Assembly (NCBI GenBank): GCA_043750125.1
Contig: JAYVCD010000410.1
Span: 1 to 14,542, forward strand
DNA: 14,542 nt
From: Archangiaceae bacterium
Lineage (GTDB): Bacteria > Myxococcota > Myxococcia > Myxococcales > Myxococcaceae
Reading direction: 5' to 3'
The position numbers and the translations under genes are program-made. Each line of letters begins with the position of its first letter. The first letter of the stretch is position 1. The notes beneath the pieces are model-generated. The model made no database searches. It was given only the letters and a program-made list of their open reading frames with translations, and was not told the origin of the DNA. Below are positions 1 through 6,475 of this stretch, piece by piece.

Positions 1-537
1 CTTGGCGAGGATGCTGTTGACGTATTGGCCGGTGATCTTCCCGCGCACCATGTTCACGTTGACGTGCATGCGGGTGAAGCTCGAGACCTTCGCGCGGATT
101 CCGTTCTTCAGGCCCGCTTCGCCGAGGTATGCGCCCCAGTCCCACGCCGTGACTGCGACCCGGGTCGGGTTGACGGCTCCCAGGCCCATCGCTCCGTCGC
201 CCATGAAGGCGATCGGGCGCAGGTAGGCCCCGTCCTTGAAACGCTCTTTTTGCTCGCGCAGCAAGCTGCAGCAGCCCTCGACCAGCTCGTCTTCCGACCA
301 CGGCATCCGCAACAGGCAGATGTGCGCCGAATCGAGCAGGCGTCGAATGTGCTCACGCAGCCGGAAGATCGCCAGCCGGCCATCTTTCGTCTTGTAGGCG
401 CGGATTCCCTCGAAAACGCCCAGGCCATAGTGAAGGGCGTGGGTCATCACGTGGACGTTGGCGTCCTCCCACTTGATGAGTCCGCCATCCATCCACACCT
501 TGTCGGACTTCAGAACGCTGTTCGAGACCGAGCTCAT
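1..537 (-). CDS. ilvE: Branched-chain amino acid aminotransferase (PLP fold type IV), 3' end outside window
   Basis: Not in the ORF track. Manual translation from the ATG at 537 gives MSSVSNSVLKSDKVWMDGGLIKWEDANVHVMTHALHYGLGVFEGIRAY...IFRLREHIRRLLDSA...RGKITGQYVNSILAK. It has the IlvE LHYGxGxFEGxRAY motif and the PLP-lysine region, and stays in frame to position 1. Confidence 0.95.
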   Translation of the reverse strand, partial: MSSVSNSVLKSDKVWMDGGLIKWEDANVHVMTHALHYGLGVFEGIRAYKTKDGRLAIFRLREHIRRLLDSAHICLLRMPWSEDELVEGCCSLLREQKERFKDGAYLRPIAFMGDGAMGLGAVNPTRVAVTAWDWGAYLGEAGLKNGIRAKVSSFTRMHVNVNMVRGKITGQYVNSILAK

Positions 538-543
538 GAACGG

Positions 544-572
544 GTAATGCCAACACGAGCGCGGGCTGTCCA
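544..572 (-). promoter_or_regulatory. Putative sigma70-type promoter for ilvE (possibly leaderless)
   Basis: The minus strand reads TGGACA-N17-CATTAC-N6-ATG with TG-n just before the -10 element. No Shine-Dalgarno precedes the ATG. The -10 match is weak (3/6). Confidence 0.35.
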
Positions 573-583
573 GCTTCGCGTTG

Positions 584-2008
584 TCAGCGCTGCAGGCGCG
601 GCAGTGGAGCCAGCATCCGGGTCAGAAAGGGCACTTCGGGAATGAGCTGCTTTCGACCCAGCGCCATCGCATTCGCCATCGCATCGACGCTGGGAATCAG
701 CTCGAGCGGCGAGAGCGTGCGCTTGAAGTCGTGGACCAGGTGGGCCCACGCCCGGTTCTTCTTCACGTTCACCTCGGCCAACCGTTCGAGCGGTAGCCAC
801 AGCGGAGTGCTCAGCTTCATCGAGAAGCCGTTGAGCGCGAGGATGAACGCGTTTCGGGTGCTGATCTGCCCCTTGTGCACCGCGCGCCACGCGGCCTTGC
901 AGGGCAGGTTGTCGACCAGCCCCCCGTCGACGAAGCGCGAGACGCCATGGTTTTCCATCGTGCCCAGAATCTCTTTGTGCATCCGGGGATCATCGCGAAG
1001 CACGTCGTAGTGAATGACTCCCGGCAGCGCGCTCGAGAAGCCCGCCGCGTCGAGCGCGTCCCAGTTGCGGCTCTCATCGTCTGCGCCCAGGTGAAGCTTC
1101 ACCAAAACCTCGGGCCGGTTGAAGAACTCGGCCAGCGCTCCGAAGGTCGACTGCACGCTGCCCATCAGCTTCAGCGGGTTGAACATCGCGCGGCGCGGAA
1201 GGCTGAACATCGACTCGTAGAATTCCAGCGGCCGAGGCAGCTTGCCGCGCCGAATGCCGCTGAGCGCGATGATGGTGCGAATGGGCAGCTCAGAGAGCTT
1301 CAGCCCTCCGCCCTGGGGGTGATCGGCCCCGAACCAGCGGCCGATGCCCGAGCGGAGGAACAGCCGCAGCGCCGCCGGGACGCCATAGCGATTCTCGGTG
1401 CTGATCGCGCGAAACAACCTGCGCCACGACAGCCCGCGCACGATGTTGATGATCTCGTCTTGATCGAACCGGGCCACCCGAGATCGGAACAAGCTCAAGA
1501 TCGCGCCAATCGACGTCCCCACCAGCAGCTCGGGCTTGAGGCCGTAATCGTCGAGCAAGCTCATCACTCCGACGTAGACGTAGCCGGTACCGCCGCCCCC
1601 ACCCGAGACGAGCACCAGGGCTTTGTGGCGCAGTTCGCGATCGATCGCCTCGACCGAAAGCCGGTTCTCGAAGCGCTTGGCCAGGCCATCGCGCACATCG
1701 AGGGTGCGCTCTTTGAGGTCTTTTAACTGGGGCAGCAGGGCCGCCCGGTTCAGGGGGCCCCGGCCGGGCAACAACACCGGACCCAGGCGCCGCTGAATCT
1801 CGAGACGAAAGGGCTCGAGCCAGGCCCCGATGCCCACGTCGCGACCCTGGTGGCGCACTTTGTACATGCGGGCCAGAGACAGCGCGGTCCTCAACGTCGC
1901 CTCTTCGTGGGCGTTGAGCAGCGCGGGGTTGGCGATGCAGGCACGCACGAGCGAGATTTCCATCTCCTCGAGGGGGCGGGTGATTTCGAAGCGCTCTTTG
2001 AGCAGCAC
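584..2008 (-). CDS. Patatin-like phospholipase with ~130-aa N-terminal extension
   Basis: Gly-rich oxyanion loop VSGGGGGTG, nucleophile elbow GTSIG and catalytic DGG (FVDGGLVDNLP). The GTG start lies 3 bp after the upstream gene's stop. Confidence 0.9.
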   Translation of the reverse strand: MLLKERFEITRPLEEMEISLVRACIANPALLNAHEEATLRTALSLARMYKVRHQGRDVGIGAWLEPFRLEIQRRLGPVLLPGRGPLNRAALLPQLKDLKERTLDVRDGLAKRFENRLSVEAIDRELRHKALVLVSGGGGGTGYVYVGVMSLLDDYGLKPELLVGTSIGAILSLFRSRVARFDQDEIINIVRGLSWRRLFRAISTENRYGVPAALRLFLRSGIGRWFGADHPQGGGLKLSELPIRTIIALSGIRRGKLPRPLEFYESMFSLPRRAMFNPLKLMGSVQSTFGALAEFFNRPEVLVKLHLGADDESRNWDALDAAGFSSALPGVIHYDVLRDDPRMHKEILGTMENHGVSRFVDGGLVDNLPCKAAWRAVHKGQISTRNAFILALNGFSMKLSTPLWLPLERLAEVNVKKNRAWAHLVHDFKRTLSPLELIPSVDAMANAMALGRKQLIPEVPFLTRMLAPLPRLQR

Positions 2009-2011
2009 AGG

Positions 2012-4345
2012 TCAGCGCTTGGACTTGCCCAGCAGGCGCAGCTCGCGAAGCGCCTCAGTGCAATCGGGGTTGGCCTGAATCGCCTTCTCGAAGTGCTTTT
2101 CGGCTTTGTCGGGTCGGCCGATCGCCTTTTGGATGTAGCCGGCGAACAGGTAGCTCTTGTCGACCTTCGGGTTGAGCTCGATCGCGTGTTCGATCGCCTG
2201 CAGGGCCTCTCCGACCATGCTCCCGTTCTTGGGGTCGAGCTGGAACTTGCTCCAGCCCAGCCAGGCGTGGAACTCGCCTTCGTCCGGGTAGAGGGTGATC
2301 GCTTCCCGGAACAGCTGCCAGGCGCCCTCGTAATCGCGCTGGCGCATCTTCTCTTCCCCCTTCTGGAACTTGCCTTCCGCCGCGAGGATCTTCCCCACCT
2401 CGTCGCCGATTTCCCGCTTCACGCCCTGGGCGAGCTCTTTGACGTACCGCTCGCGCTCAATCGGGTCGGTCAGGGTGTCGTGGGCCGAGCTGATCAGATC
2501 GTAGATCTGCTGGGCCAGCTGGCGCACTTCGGCGGACGACGAGCCGAAGTGCTTGTCCGGGTGGTATTCCTTGGCGAGCGCGAAATACGAGCGCTTCACG
2601 TCCTCACGGATCGCGTTGGTGGGCAGCCCGAGAATCTCGAAGTAGTCGAGCTTGCGCATCGCGGCGACTTTGCCGGCGAGCCGTTCGCGCAACACCCCTT
2701 CTTCGCCGGTCAGCCTTCCCGCGCTGACCACCGACGACAGTTCGGGCAACAGCGAGCCGGAACGCGCCATTACGGAACGTTCGCTGCGCCTGGGGCTGCG
2801 GGGTTCGAGCTGCGCGGGGCGGGTCGGAGGCGTCGGCACCGGTTGGGCCAGGGGAGCGGCCTTGAGGCGAGGCGCCGCCATCAGCGTGGGCGAGACTTTC
2901 GCGTCGTCCCAGGGCAGGGGCAACGCAGAGTCGCGGGGCACGGACGGCCGGGCCGGCGAGCTGCCGAGAATTGCGTCGCGCACCGGCAACGGCGGAGGGG
3001 TCAGCCGCGCGGGCGGTAGCGGCGGAGGCACTCCTTGCACCGAGGGCTTGCTGGCGATGGTCGCGGCCAACATCGCAAGCGACGGGCGCGGCTTTCCTTC
3101 CGCCGCCTTGTCGCGCAGCTCGATCATCTGGGCGCACTTCATCGCGAAGAACAGCCGGTCGGTTTCCATCGGCGGCAGCAGGTCGAGCGCCCGAAGGGTC
3201 GCCACCTTCTTGTGGCCGTCGGCCTGGGCGATCAACCGCTGCTCGTCTTCGCCCAGCCCCGCATCTTGCAGCGCGTACAGCGGCTCGTTCGAAGGGTGGA
3301 CGTACTTCCCGTCGATGTCGCCCAGCACCGCGCGCAGCCGGTTCTGGTCGTAGTTCTTCTTGATGCCTTCGTAGATCACCTGGGCCGGAGTCAGGCCCAG
3401 TTGCACCGTCTCGAGCGGAGCGGCGACGCGCGGATTGAACTGATACTCGCCCGAGTCCCAGCTGAAGGCGTCGAAGAGCTTGGTCTGCAGCTGAAGCTGC
3501 AGCGCGTACTGCAGGTTGTGCGGGCTGATGCAGCCCATCTCGATCAGCACCGTGCCCTGCATCCGACCGCCCTGCTTCGAGCGCTTCAGCGAGCTCTCGC
3601 ACTCGGCCTCGCTGATCATCTTCTCGCGAATCATCACCCGGCCCAGGCACTCGGAAAGCAGGTTGCTCTTCACGCTTTGCGCCAGGCCTTCGCGGAAATA
3701 GACGATCTTCTTCACGCTGTTGCGCCGCAGCAGCAGGGCGCCGCTGCCCTTCCACCGGTAGATCTCGGCGAGCACCTCGGGAAAACACTTCTGCTTCAGG
3801 TCCCCGCGAATCGACTGAAATTTGCTGTGGCTGTGCTGGCGAACGTCGTTCTCGACCTGGGTCTGTTCCTCGCGCGCCTCTTCGCCCGCCATGTGCTCGC
3901 CGGTGACTTCGTCTTCCACCGGAGGAGGAGGGGGCTGCGCGACTTTGGGCTTCGGGTACTTGTCGCCGAGCGCCTCTTTGAGCGTCTCGTAGAGCAGCGA
4001 CAGCCGCATCGGCTTCTCGAGGAACGCGAAGGCGCCGTGCTTGTTGACGGCCTCCTTCTGGTGCAGCGCGTTCTTGTAGACGCCGCTGATCATGATGATC
4101 GGCGTTCGCTTCCCCTTGGGCAGGCTGCGCATCTTCCGCGCCACTTCGTACCCGTTGAGCGCAGGCAGCAGCAGGTCGAGCAGCACGGCGTCGAAAGCCT
4201 TCTTTTCGAACGTCTTCACCGCCCACTCGCCATCGCGCTCGACGGTCACGGTAAATCCCTGCTTGGTCAGCGCGTCGGCGAGCATGCGCTGGGTGGCGCG
4301 ATCGTCATCGACGATCAGCACATTGACGGTGTCGGACCGGGACAA
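2012..4345 (-). CDS. Multidomain response regulator: REC - DUF4388-like - Pro-rich linker - DnaJ J-domain - TPR repeats
   Basis: REC: VLIVDDD...LLDLLLP...MISG...FLEKP. DUF4388-like: GDLKQKCFPEVL...SGALLL...KIVYFREG. J-domain: DYFEILGL...KRSYFALAKEYHPDK. TPRs: FREAITLYPDE, AIEHAIELNPK, FEKAIQANPD. The exact start (TTG) is uncertain. Confidence 0.9.
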   Translation of the reverse strand: MSRSDTVNVLIVDDDRATQRMLADALTKQGFTVTVERDGEWAVKTFEKKAFDAVLLDLLLPALNGYEVARKMRSLPKGKRTPIIMISGVYKNALHQKEAVNKHGAFAFLEKPMRLSLLYETLKEALGDKYPKPKVAQPPPPPVEDEVTGEHMAGEEAREEQTQVENDVRQHSHSKFQSIRGDLKQKCFPEVLAEIYRWKGSGALLLRRNSVKKIVYFREGLAQSVKSNLLSECLGRVMIREKMISEAECESSLKRSKQGGRMQGTVLIEMGCISPHNLQYALQLQLQTKLFDAFSWDSGEYQFNPRVAAPLETVQLGLTPAQVIYEGIKKNYDQNRLRAVLGDIDGKYVHPSNEPLYALQDAGLGEDEQRLIAQADGHKKVATLRALDLLPPMETDRLFFAMKCAQMIELRDKAAEGKPRPSLAMLAATIASKPSVQGVPPPLPPARLTPPPLPVRDAILGSSPARPSVPRDSALPLPWDDAKVSPTLMAAPRLKAAPLAQPVPTPPTRPAQLEPRSPRRSERSVMARSGSLLPELSSVVSAGRLTGEEGVLRERLAGKVAAMRKLDYFEILGLPTNAIREDVKRSYFALAKEYHPDKHFGSSSAEVRQLAQQIYDLISSAHDTLTDPIERERYVKELAQGVKREIGDEVGKILAAEGKFQKGEEKMRQRDYEGAWQLFREAITLYPDEGEFHAWLGWSKFQLDPKNGSMVGEALQAIEHAIELNPKVDKSYLFAGYIQKAIGRPDKAEKHFEKAIQANPDCTEALRELRLLGKSKR

Positions 4346-4456
4346 GTTGGTGGCGGAGCATACCCGTGCAGCCAGGGAACGTTACCGGTGAATTTTAGGT
4401 CGATGGACCGCTGTAGAAATCGGCTACGACGCCGCGCCACCCAAGGAGCCCCCACC

Positions 4457-4999
4457 ATGCGACGGTCACTTCTCGCTCTCAGTCTTGCAGTCTCGTTTGT
4501 CGCCTTTGCCCAGGGCACCGAAGGTCCGGGCGAAGCCGAAAAGCCAAAGGCAGACGCCGAAACTCCCGACGCGAAGGCGGCCAAAGACCTGGTGACGAAG
4601 TACCTGACCCTCGTAAAAGCCAAGAAGTGGGCGGACGCGAAGAAGCTGATTCACCCCCAGACCCTGGCGGCGATCGCCGACCGGAAGAAGCGGCTGGGGA
4701 AAGAGGAACACGCGATGGCGCCCTGGGCGGCTGAGAAGACCGAGTATTGGCTGAAGGATTTCAAGCTGACCGGTGCCCGTCTGGGGCCGATTGGCACCGT
4801 GGTCGTCGAGGTCACCGAGGACAACTTTCAGGTCCAGGAAAAGGGGCTCGCCGAGGGCGATGTCGCCAACTACCTGGTCGGAAAGAAGGACAAGAAGCTG
4901 TACGTGGTCGACAAGAAGAGGGGCGAGGGCTTCCCCACCGACTCGATCAAGATTGGGTACAAGGGCTACTTCGACAAAGTCGAGAAGCCGACCGAGTAG
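4457..4999 (+). CDS. Secreted/periplasmic hypothetical protein, 180 aa, Lys-rich
   Basis: This is the C-terminal part of track ORF 3035..4999. AGGAG at 4444-4448 precedes the ATG at 4457. Sec signal MRRSLLALSLAVSFVAFA|Q; GC3-rich codons. Confidence 0.85.
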   Translation: MRRSLLALSLAVSFVAFAQGTEGPGEAEKPKADAETPDAKAAKDLVTKYLTLVKAKKWADAKKLIHPQTLAAIADRKKRLGKEEHAMAPWAAEKTEYWLKDFKLTGARLGPIGTVVVEVTEDNFQVQEKGLAEGDVANYLVGKKDKKLYVVDKKRGEGFPTDSIKIGYKGYFDKVEKPTE

Positions 5000-5014
5000 C
5001 CAGCGTCCCTCGAC

Positions 5015-5133
5015 TGCTCTCGGGATCAACGGGTTTCCGCTGCCTGTCTGGGGATAAGCGGGTTCCCGCTGCCTGTCTGGGGATAAGCGGGTTCCCACAG
5101 CCTGTCTGGGGATAAGCGGGTTCCCACAGCCTG
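5015..5133. repeat. Tandem repeat, 29-bp unit x4, between convergent genes
   Basis: Units are 5015-5043 (degenerate), 5044-5072 CTGTCTGGGGATAAGCGGGTTCCCGCTGC, and 5073-5101 and 5102-5130, both CTGTCTGGGGATAAGCGGGTTCCCACAGC. There are no spacers. Confidence 0.95.
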
Positions 5134-5138
5134 CGCTG

Positions 5139-6053
5139 TCAGGACGAGAGCGACGCCAGCTGGCTCTTCGCCTTTTCGATGTCGACCTCATGCTTCAGCA
5201 CCAGGTTGAGCGTCGAAGCGAGCAGCTCGGGCGAAAGAGTATCGGCGTTGAGCAGGGCGAGCGCCTGCGCCCAGTCGAGCGTCTCGGAAATCGAGGGGGC
5301 CTTCTTCAGCTCCAGCGCCCGAAGCTTGTGAATGGCTTCGACGACCTGGCCGGCGAGCTTCTCGCTGACCGCGGGCAGTCGGCTGCGGAGAATTCGCAGC
5401 TCGCGCTCGCGGGTCGGAAAGTCGATGTGCAGATGCAGGCAGCGGCGCTTGAGTGCATCGGACAGCTCGCGGGCGTTGTTGCTCGTCAGCACCACCCGGG
5501 GAATGTGTTTGGCTTTGATTGTCCCCAACTCGGGGACGGTGACGGCGTTGTCCGCGAGCACCTCGAGCAAGAACGCCTCGAATTCCGGGTCGGCCTTGTC
5601 GATCTCGTCGATCAGCAACAGCGACGGCTGCTCTGACATCAGCGCCTTGAGCACCGGCCGGGGCAGCAGGAAGCGCATCGAGAAGAAGACCGCATCGCTC
5701 TGGGCGACCTTTTCGGCGGCGGCTTCCAGCGTCGTCGACCCCTGGAGCAGCTCGCCGATCTTGTCTTTGAGCAGCTGGGTGTAGAGCAGTTGTTTGGCGT
5801 ATTCCCACTCGTAGAGCGCCTTGGCCTCGTCCAGCCCCTCGTAGCACTGCAGCCGAATCAGCTCTCGGCCGGTGGCTTCGGCGAGCGCCCGGGCGAACTC
5901 GGTCTTCCCGACTCCGGCGGGGCCTTCGATCAGCACCGGTTTTTCGAGGCGATCGGTCAGGAACGCCACGGTCGAGATCTCTTTCGACGGCAGGTAGCCG
6001 GTCAGCTCGAGCCGGCGCGCGGCATCTTCGACACTGCTCAGAGAAACGGTCAC
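5139..6053 (-). CDS. MoxR-family (CoxD-like) AAA+ ATPase, ~304 aa
   Basis: Walker A GPAGVGKT, RLQCYEGLD..KALYEW, Walker B LLLIDEIDK, sensor LTSN and DALKRRC. The likely start is the GTG at 6053, preceded by AAGGT. Confidence 0.92.
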   Translation of the reverse strand: MTVSLSSVEDAARRLELTGYLPSKEISTVAFLTDRLEKPVLIEGPAGVGKTEFARALAEATGRELIRLQCYEGLDEAKALYEWEYAKQLLYTQLLKDKIGELLQGSTTLEAAAEKVAQSDAVFFSMRFLLPRPVLKALMSEQPSLLLIDEIDKADPEFEAFLLEVLADNAVTVPELGTIKAKHIPRVVLTSNNARELSDALKRRCLHLHIDFPTRERELRILRSRLPAVSEKLAGQVVEAIHKLRALELKKAPSISETLDWAQALALLNADTLSPELLASTLNLVLKHEVDIEKAKSQLASLSS

Positions 6054-6173
6054 GGTTTTTGACCTTACTTGAGGCGCTGGGGTTTGCCGCACCGATGGTC
6101 CGGAAAGCTGTGGCACCAATGGCAGAAACCGTGGCCTCGGTGAATGTCTCATTCCGGCCAACAGTCCTGATTT

Positions 6174-6215
6174 CTTCAACGAGTTGTGAGGAAAGCGTTC
6201 GGCACGAGCGCTGCA
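6174..6215 (+). promoter_or_regulatory. Putative sigma54 (-24/-12) promoter with upstream IHF-like site
   Basis: CGGCACG-AGCG-CTGCA at 6200-6215 has exact GG-N10-GC spacing. CTTCAACGAGTTG at 6174-6186 matches WATCAANNNNTTR except at the first two positions. Confidence 0.55.
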
Positions 6216-6248
6216 CACAACGAAAGCAGAGAGGCAGGGGTGACGCAC

Positions 6249-6446
6249 ATGGCTTTGGCAAAAATGCTCGCAGTGGTGTTGATGGCAGTGGTTCCCGGCG
6301 GCCTGGTGGTTCTGACCGCCTTTGTCCTCGCCCGGCTCTTCGCGGCGCGGGTTCGAGCCGTCGAACAGGGCCCCCATCGTTACCGCCGGGCGATCGCCAA
6401 CTTGAGCTTCCGCGACGTCTGGAACGAGACCCGCCGGTCGCTTTAG
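6249..6446 (+). CDS. Small membrane protein (~65 aa), hypothetical
   Basis: MALAKMLAVVLMAVVPGGLVVLTAFVLARLF... is a hydrophobic segment kinked by PGG, followed by an Arg-rich tail. Purine-rich GAGAGGCAGGGG lies upstream. An alternative GTG start is at 6240. Confidence 0.7.
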   Translation: MALAKMLAVVLMAVVPGGLVVLTAFVLARLFAARVRAVEQGPHRYRRAIANLSFRDVWNETRRSL

Positions 6447-6475
6447 CGGGGGGCGGTGGGCTAGAAGCCCCCGCC

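Noticed and set aside
25..645. 206-aa + strand ORF and other small ORFs here
   Set aside because: Antisense shadows of ilvE, which the track missed because its stop lies outside the window.
584..2008. Patatin as a CBASS CapV-type defence effector
   Set aside because: There is no CD-NTase or other defence gene nearby, and it sits among housekeeping and signalling genes.
3035..4456. N-terminal ~474 aa of the 654-aa ORF
   Set aside because: Antisense to the response regulator. The real start is 4457, with an RBS and signal peptide.
5015..5133. Bona fide CRISPR array
   Set aside because: The units are head-to-tail with no unique spacers, and there is no AT-rich leader or cas gene in the window.
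5000..5140. Chromosomal oriC
   Set aside because: There is no AT-rich unwinding element and no dnaA/dnaN/gidA context, and the DnaA-like boxes are imperfect.
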